Assembly (NCBI GenBank): GCA_043819555.1
Contig: JBDREQ010000040.1
Coordinates: forward strand, 1-57,401
Direction: 5' to 3'
Origin: Candidatus Zixiibacteriota bacterium
GTDB taxonomy: Bacteria; Zixibacteria; MSB-5A5; GN15; JAAZOE01
Length of the DNA: 57,401 nt
The position numbers and the translations under genes are program-made. How positions within the stretch are numbered: the first letter of the stretch is position 1; every line of letters starts with the position of its first letter. This document shows, one piece after another, positions 29,885 to 39,473 of this stretch. The notes under the pieces are model-generated. The model saw only the letters and a program-made list of their open reading frames with translations, was not told the DNA's origin and made no database searches.

Positions 29885-30962
29885 TTATAACGCTAAGTCA
29901 AACGGAATAATCGGAATATCGGATATTTCCTGAAATATATCCACTTCTTTGATATTGGGAACAACAATTCGCAGATACCTAAAGGGAATCCTATCAAATG
30001 CAAAATCACCTATATGGCGCCATTCGTTTTCACTTACCCATTGCTTCTTTTTTCCCGTGGATTGAAAAAAAGGTTGTTTATCGCCACTAAGAGTATTGTA
30101 AAGATGCCTGTCCCCGTAAATCACGGGGGAGATTCCGCCCTCGCGCGCATAGTCGGTTGATATGGCAAGGCCGTACGGTTCAAAATTTGGATTTACTAAA
30201 CGGGGGCGATATCTAAAAATTTCATTGGGGTCGATGTTAATCAGGTTTGAAAACCCAACAACGCGCGACTTATTGGCAATATTTTTATTGCTGGCCCGGA
30301 TAGTTTTGTCTTTGATAATTCGGACAAGGGCATTGTGCGCCGACTGGCAATTTTCGTGGCCGGATGAAATCATTGAAAGATAATATTCAAATGATGTAGA
30401 TCCCGCCCAGGGGGATTTACTGCTGCGCGTGAAATGAATGAGCCATTCGCCGCTGGATAATTCCGGATTTAATTTCTCAATCAAGTATTTTGGACGGGGT
30501 CTATTATTTTTCGGGGATGATATCCGGTAACGGGAAAATATTTTTTCCTTGTAGCGAGCCAATAGTCCCGTCATATTTCCATTTGGTCGGATTGAAACCG
30601 GAACGATTATATCAGCCAAATCGAAAACGGCCCTATCGCGAGATAAAAGTCGTTGCTCTTTTTCGGAAATCAATTTATCCGATTTTAAAAAGCCATACTC
30701 GCTTCGCATCAAGTTTGAAATCACTAATAATATCTTGTTCAAAACCAGCCTCATATCTTTTGGCTGGTAAAATTACGTTTGCCTCCGCTTTATTTTGCGA
30801 GGCGATGGCCAAAACCAATTCCCAGGTATTCAACCCGATTGAGGTAACGATTGTATATTGGCGGCCAGCCAAATATTCAACCGCCCGCATGGTTTGTTGG
30901 ACCCATAAATCATCACCGACGGGATAAGCCGATTGCCGGGAATTCAGTATAGCCGCTTTCAT
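29885..30962 (-). pseudogene. Frameshift-split gene: DprA/SLOG-like N-terminus plus AbiGi/ART-like C-terminus
   Basis: ORF 30675-30962 stops at CTT TTT AAA ATC GGA TAA. The +1 frame continues with RDRAVFDLADIIVPVS, HFTR, VGFS, PYGLAI, PVIYG and W.SENEWR. Confidence 0.55.
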
Positions 30963-30981
30963 AAAATCTTAACCGGGAAAA

Positions 30982-31497
30982 CTAATATTTGTTTTTATCA
31001 CGGCGTTTGATGGCCGCGACTATTGGCGGAATAATAATCAATTGAATCGCGATTCCGGGTAAGCCGGTGATAACAGCTCCTCCAAAATACTCCGGGAGCC
31101 CATAGGGCATATCGAGAAACAGACTCAGTCCCAAAAGAGCCAGGGCGAATCCAAGCCGGCCGACAATCAAGGCAACTATAAGGGCAAAATAAATATTGAG
31201 TTTAAACTTGTGAAAGATCAATCCGGCCGTTATTCCGATAAATCCCAATTCGGCTGTCATGAGGGGTACGGCATACGATGGCGGCATTCCCGTAAGTAAA
31301 AACGATAAACCGGGACAGATAATACCAACCAACAATCCCGACGAAATACCGCAGATACTGCCGGCCAATAAGACAGGAATGTGCATCGGAAGAAATATCC
31401 GGCCGCCCAAACCAAATTGATGAAAAACTATGGGGGTAATAATGCCGAGGGCAATAAATAATGCTGTCCGAGCAATAAATTTTGGCGAAAGGCGCAT
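30982..31497 (-). CDS. ECF transporter S component
   Basis: ALFIAL, FLPMHIPVLLAG, GMPP, about 5-6 TM helices. Confidence 0.85.
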   Translation of the reverse strand: MRLSPKFIARTALFIALGIITPIVFHQFGLGGRIFLPMHIPVLLAGSICGISSGLLVGIICPGLSFLLTGMPPSYAVPLMTAELGFIGITAGLIFHKFKLNIYFALIVALIVGRLGFALALLGLSLFLDMPYGLPEYFGGAVITGLPGIAIQLIIIPPIVAAIKRRDKNKY

Positions 31498-32093
31498 TAA
31501 TCCTTATATCCAATGGCCAGATATAAATTCTGCGTCTCATTCAATTCAAAGCGTTCAAAATGGCTATTTTGAAACATTTCGGCCAGATGATCTCGATCGG
31601 GGAGTTTATCGTCATCAATTGGTCCACCGACTTCATGATGCTGCCGTTCGAGCTCTTCTCGGCCATAAAGATGAATTATAACCAGACGGCCGCCCGGTTT
31701 GAGAATATGAAAAGCCTGGTGAATGGCTTCGCCCTGCCTTTTAAAATGAGCAAAGGCCGCAAAAGATATAACCAAATCAAAATTATCTTTATAAAACGGC
31801 AAAGCTTCGGCGCGCGCTTCAACAACGCCGATATTGTGAAAGGGAAAATTTCGCATGGCCTTATGGGCTACGCGGGGAGCGAAATCAGCCCCAACAATAT
31901 ATCCGTCTTCTCCAACCCGGCGACGCAACATATCAAACATAACCCCGGTTCCACAACCCATATCGCATACCGCAATGCCTTTGGTGACATTTAGTTTATC
32001 AATGATATGCACCAGCCGCTCGATATCTTCGGCCGTTAAATCCTTGTCCCAATCTTCCGCAATCGAATTGAAATATTCTTGTTTTTTATCCAT
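31497..32093 (-). CDS. Class I SAM-dependent methyltransferase (UbiE/Methyltransf_11-like)
   Basis: YFNSIAEDWD, DMGCGTG, AEALPF, LKPGG. Stop overlaps the S-component start (TAATG). Confidence 0.88.
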   Translation of the reverse strand: MDKKQEYFNSIAEDWDKDLTAEDIERLVHIIDKLNVTKGIAVCDMGCGTGVMFDMLRRRVGEDGYIVGADFAPRVAHKAMRNFPFHNIGVVEARAEALPFYKDNFDLVISFAAFAHFKRQGEAIHQAFHILKPGGRLVIIHLYGREELERQHHEVGGPIDDDKLPDRDHLAEMFQNSHFERFELNETQNLYLAIGYKD

Positions 32094-32250
32094 ATAAACC
32101 GTACCAATTTGCACCAATTTTTCGTATCTCGTAGATACAATATATTGAGCCAATTGTCAATAGTTTCAATTTTTAACTTTGATTTTCATATCCGGGCTGT
32201 TTATATAATAACCGAATGATTTTAGTTTTTTTATTGAGAGAGAGTTCATT

Positions 32251-32664
32251 ATGGGCGCAATAAAAGATTATTATACTATCAAATTGCACGATACCGACGC
32301 GGCGGGAATTTTGTTTTTCGCCAATCAGCTCCGTATTGTTCATGATGTTTACGAGAAATTCCTAACGACAATTGGATTTCCCTTTGGTGAATTGTTTGAA
32401 AAGAAGAATTTTTTGATCCCGATCGTACATGCCGAATCGGATTATTCGCAAATGCTGACCGATGGCGATACAGTTGAGATTGAACTTGTTATAGCCGGAA
32501 TCGGAAAAACATCGTTTACGCTCGAATATAAACTTACAAATCTCGATGGGATTGTTGTGGGGACGGCCAGAACGGTTCATGTTACGATAGGCGCGTCAAA
32601 AAAACAGAAGATAGACATCCCCGATAAACTCAGGAACGGATTGGAAAAATATTTGGGCAAATAG
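32251..32664 (+). CDS. 4HBT-family hot-dog thioesterase, probable DHNA-CoA hydrolase
   Basis: HDTDAAGILFFAN and PIVHAESDY resemble cyanobacterial DHNA-CoA thioesterase. Abuts menE. Confidence 0.75.
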   Translation: MGAIKDYYTIKLHDTDAAGILFFANQLRIVHDVYEKFLTTIGFPFGELFEKKNFLIPIVHAESDYSQMLTDGDTVEIELVIAGIGKTSFTLEYKLTNLDGIVVGTARTVHVTIGASKKQKIDIPDKLRNGLEKYLGK

Positions 32665-32667
32665 AAA

Positions 32668-34095
32668 TTAGCGTTCATTAAGCATTTGGCTGAGTTTATT
32701 CCTGTCTGTTTTCCCAACCACATTGCGAGGTATTTTGTTTAAGATATGAATTTCCCGGGGCATCATAAATCCGGGTAATTTACTTTTTGCGGCCGCCTTT
32801 ATCTCTTGTGAACTCACTTTCGGCGATGAGATTTCCACAAAAGCCACGGGACATTGTCCCCATTTTTTATGGTTCTGTTTAATTACGGCGGCGGCTGTGA
32901 TAAAATCGATTTCAAGAAGAACATTTTCGATCTCCAATAATGATATATTTTCACCGCCCGAAATTATCATATCATCAAAACGGCCTGTCACTATGAGGAA
33001 TTCATTCTCATCAATCATTCCGATATCGTTAGTATCAAACCAACCATCGTGGGTAATATCTATTTTGGAATTGTCCGTAAACCTTGAAAACAAAGTCTCC
33101 CCTCTTACTTGAATATGGCCCTCATCGGTGATTTTCATCTCGCGATAGGGTAAAATTTCTCCGGCTGTATCAATTTTATTTGGTGAGTCTTCGGGGGATA
33201 GCAAAGTGACCATCGAAGCGGTTTCCGTCATACCGTAAGTAGTCCATACCAGTAATCCGCGCGATTTGATTTTTTCAATTAATCTTTGATCGGCCCCGGC
33301 CCCCCCCAAAATAATCGCTTTGGCATTTTTCAAATCGTTTTCCGAATCGATATTTATTAAATCGGACATCATTGTGGGAACAACTGAAAGGATTAAATTC
33401 CGACGTTTGGATAATTCGATTATCTCATCCGGCCCAAAAGATGGCATTATATAAGTCGAACATCCGGCCATCGCCGTCCGCATCAGAATCGATATGCCGC
33501 CGATATGAAAAAAGGGCAAAACTGCCACCCAGCAATCTGATTTCTTAAGTGGAAATCTTTCGAGCAAGCCCAACGCGCTATAATAAAGATTTCGAGCGGT
33601 TAGAACTATGCCCTTTGCCTCCGATGTTGTTCCGGCGCTGAAAATTATTAACGCGTCACGGTTTGGTTCAAAGGTATGGTTTGAATCACTTGGAGTATGC
33701 AGAGTTTTGATAGAAAAAACGCGAGAGAACTCCAATGATGTATCGCATGATAAATTTATACCGCCAAATTCCTTTTCAAATAACAGCAATCGGCAATTTG
33801 TTTTTTTGATCTGATTATTTAATTGCCCTTCTTTCAATCGCCAGTTCAACGGTAAGAATACGATGCCGGATTTAAAACAAGCCCAAAATAGAATTGCCTG
33901 TTCGATGGAATTTCGAGCAAGGCAGGCAACCGTATCGCCGGGTTTTATATTTTTATCGAATAAATAACATTGGGTATTTTGAATCAGGCTGTACAAATGT
34001 TGATAAGAGACTTTATTGCCGAAATCGGCAAGGGCGATCGCATCCGGATTAGATTCGGCGGCTTTTCTTATTGGACAGTCAATCTTTTCCGGCAT
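32668..34095 (-). CDS. menE: o-Succinylbenzoate-CoA ligase
   Basis: FSAGTTSEAKG, YGMTETAS, IISGGENI, WGQ.PVAF, men operon context. Confidence 0.9.
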   Translation of the reverse strand: MPEKIDCPIRKAAESNPDAIALADFGNKVSYQHLYSLIQNTQCYLFDKNIKPGDTVACLARNSIEQAILFWACFKSGIVFLPLNWRLKEGQLNNQIKKTNCRLLLFEKEFGGINLSCDTSLEFSRVFSIKTLHTPSDSNHTFEPNRDALIIFSAGTTSEAKGIVLTARNLYYSALGLLERFPLKKSDCWVAVLPFFHIGGISILMRTAMAGCSTYIMPSFGPDEIIELSKRRNLILSVVPTMMSDLINIDSENDLKNAKAIILGGAGADQRLIEKIKSRGLLVWTTYGMTETASMVTLLSPEDSPNKIDTAGEILPYREMKITDEGHIQVRGETLFSRFTDNSKIDITHDGWFDTNDIGMIDENEFLIVTGRFDDMIISGGENISLLEIENVLLEIDFITAAAVIKQNHKKWGQCPVAFVEISSPKVSSQEIKAAAKSKLPGFMMPREIHILNKIPRNVVGKTDRNKLSQMLNER

Positions 34096-35146
34096 AACCA
34101 ATACCATCTCCGTTCGGAAGGTGAATATATCCGTCCCGTACGCGACTCAAATCAGGGTCGGCGTTTTCCAATAACCTCAAAGTATCAAACCCGCAGGGGG
34201 GAATATTATCACCGATAAGCGAAGCGAGATGAAGTTGAGCCGCTATTCCGACTTCGGTTTCAAGAGTCGATGTTAAAACTATGCGTCGGTTGTAGAGGCT
34301 GGCGAGATTGTAAAAATCGAGTATCCCTGCCAGGCTGCCAATTTGCGACGCCTTGAGAATAATAACATCGCACATTGCTTCCCTGATAGCGTTTCTTGGT
34401 TCGAAGATTTCAAACAAACTTTCATCAAGAGCGATTGGGCAATCGGTTTCTTCGCCCAGGGCTCTAATTTTATCGCCATCCGGATTTCCAATCGGTTCTT
34501 CGATATAGTCAATCTTTGCATCGCGCAATTGATTGAGAACATGCAGCGCCTGATTGTAGGTCCAGCCCTGATTGGCATCAATACGAATAGCGACTTCAAC
34601 TGGCAGGACACTTCGAATTTGCTTAACACGGTCGATGTCTATGTACGGGTCTCCCCCAACTTTGATTTTAACCGCCCGATAACCTTTATTTTTTATTTCC
34701 AGAGCTATATCAACCCAATTATCTGATTTTTTTCCAATCAGATAATTCACCGGAACCCTGGATTGGGCATCAGGATTCAGCCATTTATTGAGGGGCAATT
34801 GTTTCGCGCGTGCGGCTGCATCGCACAACGCCGATTCCAGAGCGAAACGGCAAATAGAATTACTATTGCAAATGTGAGCGATATAACCGGAAATCGAGGG
34901 CAGGTCGTTTGAAAGTTCCACCCCCGGCAATTGCCGCATGATTTCATTCAGCATTTTTTCAATTGATATCAATCCTGTTGGCGAATATCCCGGTAATGGA
35001 GCCGCTTCGCCAAATCCTAAAAAACCTTCGGTCGTTTTAATTGAGATAATAACGCCTTCGCGAAAAATATAGGTTCCTTTGGATGTTACCCACGGCTCAA
35101 CAAATTTGCGAGAATATTTTTTAATTTTGTATGAGGCGATTTTCAC
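34079..35146 (-). CDS. menC: o-Succinylbenzoate synthase
   Basis: GEAAPLPG, KIKVG, RIDAN, IEEP, ALDES. GTGA overlap with menA. Confidence 0.9.
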   Translation of the reverse strand: MKIASYKIKKYSRKFVEPWVTSKGTYIFREGVIISIKTTEGFLGFGEAAPLPGYSPTGLISIEKMLNEIMRQLPGVELSNDLPSISGYIAHICNSNSICRFALESALCDAAARAKQLPLNKWLNPDAQSRVPVNYLIGKKSDNWVDIALEIKNKGYRAVKIKVGGDPYIDIDRVKQIRSVLPVEVAIRIDANQGWTYNQALHVLNQLRDAKIDYIEEPIGNPDGDKIRALGEETDCPIALDESLFEIFEPRNAIREAMCDVIILKASQIGSLAGILDFYNLASLYNRRIVLTSTLETEVGIAAQLHLASLIGDNIPPCGFDTLRLLENADPDLSRVRDGYIHLPNGDGIGYAGKD

Positions 35147-36030
35147 AAGAGCCATCCGATGCTAAAACAAATGCCATAGATAATAAGCAGTCGTCCAGTC
35201 GCGGCCAAAGTCGCATTGAGCCTATCGCCGTCAGTACTTGAAAAGACCGCGCGTACAGCGGCGGGTGCAAAAAGAAGATAAGCGATTGTAACATACAAGA
35301 ATTTATTTCCAAATTGCATTACTGTCATGAGAGGTGGAATGACTCCCGCCCCTGCAATCATGACTGCATATTCGACGCGCGCGAAAGTTCGACCAAAACG
35401 CACGGCCAGGGTATTTTTACCGCTTTTTTTATCTGTTTCTATATCGCGAAGATTATTGACGATCAGAATCGCGGTTGAGATCATACCGAACGGCAAACCG
35501 GCTATAATTACTTCCGTGGGACATTTTAAAGTTTGTACATAGTAAGTACCGGCCAATGCAACCGGGCCGTAAAAAATGAATACGAAAATTTCTCCCAGTC
35601 CGAGATATCCAAGAGCGAACGGTCCGGCTGTATAGATTATGCCGCACATGATAGATGCCGCGCCGATTATTACAATCGGCCAACCTCCTATATAGACAAG
35701 ATATATCCCCGCCAGCATCGCCAATCCAAAAGCGACCGCCGTAGCTATTGCCGTTTGTTTCGGTGTCACAAGACCGGCCTGAGTTACACGCAAAGGTCCG
35801 ATGCGGTCTTCCCGATCGGTTTGTTTTTTGTAGTCGAATAAATCGTTGGCGAAATTGGTTCCGATTTGTATCATAATCGAACCAAACAATGCCGCCAAAA
35901 TCGGCAATAATGCAAAACCATTATGACTATAAGCAATCACTCCGCCGACTACGACAGGAACAATTCCCGCCGGAAGTGTTTTTAACCTCGCGGCCAATAG
36001 CCAGATATGGAATGATGATGGATTACTCAT
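35143..36030 (-). CDS. menA: DHNA polyprenyltransferase
   Basis: RLKTL, NFANDLFD, NNLRDIETDKKSGKNTLAV. Confidence 0.95.
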   Translation of the reverse strand: MSNPSSFHIWLLAARLKTLPAGIVPVVVGGVIAYSHNGFALLPILAALFGSIMIQIGTNFANDLFDYKKQTDREDRIGPLRVTQAGLVTPKQTAIATAVAFGLAMLAGIYLVYIGGWPIVIIGAASIMCGIIYTAGPFALGYLGLGEIFVFIFYGPVALAGTYYVQTLKCPTEVIIAGLPFGMISTAILIVNNLRDIETDKKSGKNTLAVRFGRTFARVEYAVMIAGAGVIPPLMTVMQFGNKFLYVTIAYLLFAPAAVRAVFSSTDGDRLNATLAATGRLLIIYGICFSIGWLL

Positions 36031-36048
36031 TCAGTACCATAATTAAAG

Positions 36049-36870
36049 CTAAGGTTTTCTCGGAAATTTGGAAAAATCCGGTTTGCGTTTTTCGTTAAAG
36101 GCGTTTCGGCCTTCCTGACCCTCCTCAGTCATATAAAACAGCATGGTCGCGTTTCCGGCCAGCTCCTGAAGACCGGCCTGGCCATCGCAATCGGCGTTAA
36201 GAGCCGATTTCAGGCAGCGAATCGCCATGGGACTGTTGGCCAGAATTTCTTTGCACCATTTGACAGTTTCTTCTTCGAGTTTATCATACGGTACGACGGC
36301 ATTGACCAATCCCATCTCGAGGGCCTGATTGGCATCATACTGACGGCAGAGAAACCATATCTCGCGAGCTTTTTTCTGACCGACAATGCGGGCCATGTAA
36401 CTGGCTCCGTATCCACCGTCAAATGAGCCGACCTGGGGACCGGTTTGTCCAAAACGGGCATTGTCAGCGGCAATAGTCAAATCGCACATGAGATGCAGGA
36501 CATGCCCTCCGCCGATGGCATAACCGGCGACCATCGCGATAACCGGTTTGGGGAGGGTTCTAATCTGCCGTTGAAAATCGAGGACGTTCAGGCGGTGAAC
36601 ACCTTCATCATCAACATACCCGGCATCGCCCCGGATTTTCTGATCGCCTCCGGAACAAAAGGCATCTTTGCCCTGCCCGGTCAGAATCACTACGCCAATC
36701 TCGCTGTCGTCGCGGGCATCAGCCATGGCATTAGACATTTCGAACACCGTCCGGGGCCGGAAAGCGTTGCGCACTTCGGGACGATTGATGGTAATTTTTG
36801 CTATTCCGTCAGCTTTGTGATAAAAGATATCTTTATATTCTCCTACTTCTCGCCATTCGACTTTTGGCAC
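36049..36870 (-). CDS. menB: 1,4-Dihydroxy-2-naphthoyl-CoA synthase
   Basis: [27 protein letters not shown]. Confidence 0.98.
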   Translation of the reverse strand: MPKVEWREVGEYKDIFYHKADGIAKITINRPEVRNAFRPRTVFEMSNAMADARDDSEIGVVILTGQGKDAFCSGGDQKIRGDAGYVDDEGVHRLNVLDFQRQIRTLPKPVIAMVAGYAIGGGHVLHLMCDLTIAADNARFGQTGPQVGSFDGGYGASYMARIVGQKKAREIWFLCRQYDANQALEMGLVNAVVPYDKLEEETVKWCKEILANSPMAIRCLKSALNADCDGQAGLQELAGNATMLFYMTEEGQEGRNAFNEKRKPDFSKFPRKP

Positions 36871-36901
36871 GGCAAACTCCTTTTGTGATATTTATAGAGA
36901 A

Positions 36902-37708
36902 CTACAAGATATACGATGCAAGGAAAGAATTCAAGACTATCATGAAATCTTTATGATTTTCGAGATGGACGATATGCCCGGCATTGGGGATTATTTCGAA
37001 ATGAGAATCAGCCAAACAGTCGTGCATCTTTTCACCGATTCGGACATATTTTCCATCTTTTTCACCGGCGATAATCAGAGCAGGCTTTGTCCAGCTGCCA
37101 AGTTTATCCCACAGCGACGGTTGAATTCCAGGTGATAATTTGACGATAATCTCGGCCAAAGCTTTGGGATCATTCGACGATTTTTTATTGATGATTTTTT
37201 CTTTCAGATCGGGAAAATCATTCAAATAATCAAAAACCGGCATCTGATACCATTCGGTCAAGAAAGTCCGCATGCCGGTCTTTTTCATCTTAAAAGAATC
37301 TTTTTCATCACGCTCAAGACGGTTTTTTCGTTCTTCACTATCTTTAATTCCTGGAGAAGAAGATTCAAGAATGATGGCTTTGAATTTATCCGGATGTTTA
37401 AGGGCGGTGTATAAAGCGATTCTGCCCCCCATCGAATAACCGATGAGAATCGCTTTCTGTGTAAAATGCGAATCAATGAAATCGATTAAATCATCCGATA
37501 GATTTTCAAAATTGAGATATTCCAAATCGGTCATAGTTTGACCATGACCGGGTAAATCAATAGCACTGCAATAAAAATCATTGTCCAGTTGTGCAATTAT
37601 TTTGCGCCAGATGTTGGCATTGCCCATAAAGCCATGCAAAAACAGTAGCGGTTGTTTGTCGGATTTGCCTGATGTAAAGAAATTATATTTTTCGACCAGT
37701 CCCGTCAT
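36902..37708 (-). CDS. menH: SHCHC synthase
   Basis: LHGFMG, DLPGHG, GYSMGGR, GEKDGKY. Confidence 0.92.
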   Translation of the reverse strand: MTGLVEKYNFFTSGKSDKQPLLFLHGFMGNANIWRKIIAQLDNDFYCSAIDLPGHGQTMTDLEYLNFENLSDDLIDFIDSHFTQKAILIGYSMGGRIALYTALKHPDKFKAIILESSSPGIKDSEERKNRLERDEKDSFKMKKTGMRTFLTEWYQMPVFDYLNDFPDLKEKIINKKSSNDPKALAEIIVKLSPGIQPSLWDKLGSWTKPALIIAGEKDGKYVRIGEKMHDCLADSHFEIIPNAGHIVHLENHKDFMIVLNSFLASYIL

Positions 37709-37709
37709 A

Positions 37710-39473
37710 CTAGTTTTCTGGATTAAGTATTTTTTGCCTGATTAATTCTCTTATCCGTTCATGAGCCTTATAATTGTCATGGCGATCAGCCTTGATTTCT
37801 ATCATACCGGATTTATTATCGCGTTGCAGTTCACTATAAGCGTTTTTGAATTCGATGATGGATTTGGGATTGCAATAATGCAGATCGTACATTTTGGCGA
37901 CTGATTCAAACAGCATATTTTGCGGCGTAGCAAAATATTTCTCAAAAATTTTGTTATGTTTGGCGATGGGAAGAAAATGAAAGATTCCTCCGCCGTTGTT
38001 ATTTATGACGATTATTATGACAGGGTTAGTTGATTCGCTCAGTAATTTTAGCGATGTCAGATCATGGATACAGGCCAGATCGCCAATAATCAGGGTTGTT
38101 GGACGATTGCATCCCTTCGCAAATCCGCAAGTCGACGCGATGACGCCATCGATCCCGCTGACGCCCCGATTACAGCCCACGGCAATTCCTTTCCGAGTGA
38201 CCGGAATAAAACTATCGGCATCGCGAACCGGCATGCTGTTGGACAAAAAGAGAGCGTCTCGGGCCGGGATCAGGTCGCAGATTTCTTTGTAAACCGTGAT
38301 TTCATTGAGGCGATTGCCGCCCGCGTATTCTTCGAGAGCGGTGCGGCACAAATACTCCAATCGCAACCATATGTCCAGAAACGTTTTTTCTTCTTTTGGC
38401 AGGAGAAGCGAGTCGAGTCGCCTTATGGCTTCGTCTTCCGGCAAATGAATAGTATGTGTATGGATTTGATCGGGATCAATAATGCTGTTATGGCCCTGAA
38501 TCTTGATTATCGGAATATCTTTGATTGAACTCAAAAACCGATTCAGTCTTTTTGAAGTCGGCAGGCCGCCAACCTGAATGATGCATTCCGGATTGAGTGT
38601 TTCGGCCATATTATCTATATCGATATAAAGATCGTATAAACCGATCGGATAACCGGGAATTTCCTGCGAGGTAAACCGGAACTGCGAGAGAATATCAGTA
38701 ATAATCGGCCATCGGAGTTTTTGCGACAGTTTGCCTATTGACGATGCTTTGCGATGTCTCGTTTCCGGCCCGGCAATGATGACGCCGTTACGACATTTGT
38801 AGACAACGGACTGTATCTCATCAAGACCATCATGAATTTCATTTTCAATTACCGATTCATGGCGCAGTTTTTCATCATACCAGCTGTCTGTCTGACGCAA
38901 TAAGTTTTCCTTGTCATATTTCTCTGTGATCGGCGCCAGCGGTTCTCGAAATCTAATATTCAAATGAATCGGACCGGCAATTGAGTTACTTTTATCCCAG
39001 GTATTTCTAATTGAATCATCCAATTTATTTAGCGTCTCGTCCGGATTGAAAGAATAACCTGGCGCTGGAAAAGTTACCGATGTCGCATATTCGCCATATA
39101 GATTAATTTGATTGATAGTCTGGTTTGCACCGCATTGTTGAAGTTCTTCCGGCCTGTCGGCGGTAAGAACAAACAGCGGCAGGCGCGATTGATGCGCTTC
39201 GATAATTGCCGGAAAATAATTGGCGGCAGCCGTCCCCGAGGTGCATATCAATCCGGCGGCGCGCCCGAATGAACGGGCATATCCCACGGCAAAATAAGCA
39301 GCGGCGCGTTCATCAATTATGATTTTGGTTGAAGCATGGGGATGTTCGGATGCGGCAAGGACAAGAGGCGCGGATCTCGACCCCGGAGAAATAATAAAAA
39401 GCTCAACCCCCTCATTGACCAGGCGGTCAATAACCAAATGGGCTTGAAAAACATTTATATTTGGGATTTTCAA
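37710..39473 (-). CDS. menD: SEPHCHC synthase
   Basis: SPGSRSAPL, DERAAAYFA.G, TSGTA, NRGVSGIDG, NNNGGGIF. TTG start overlaps the menF TGA. Confidence 0.95.
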   Translation of the reverse strand: MKIPNINVFQAHLVIDRLVNEGVELFIISPGSRSAPLVLAASEHPHASTKIIIDERAAAYFAVGYARSFGRAAGLICTSGTAAANYFPAIIEAHQSRLPLFVLTADRPEELQQCGANQTINQINLYGEYATSVTFPAPGYSFNPDETLNKLDDSIRNTWDKSNSIAGPIHLNIRFREPLAPITEKYDKENLLRQTDSWYDEKLRHESVIENEIHDGLDEIQSVVYKCRNGVIIAGPETRHRKASSIGKLSQKLRWPIITDILSQFRFTSQEIPGYPIGLYDLYIDIDNMAETLNPECIIQVGGLPTSKRLNRFLSSIKDIPIIKIQGHNSIIDPDQIHTHTIHLPEDEAIRRLDSLLLPKEEKTFLDIWLRLEYLCRTALEEYAGGNRLNEITVYKEICDLIPARDALFLSNSMPVRDADSFIPVTRKGIAVGCNRGVSGIDGVIASTCGFAKGCNRPTTLIIGDLACIHDLTSLKLLSESTNPVIIIVINNNGGGIFHFLPIAKHNKIFEKYFATPQNMLFESVAKMYDLHYCNPKSIIEFKNAYSELQRDNKSGMIEIKADRHDNYKAHERIRELIRQKILNPEN

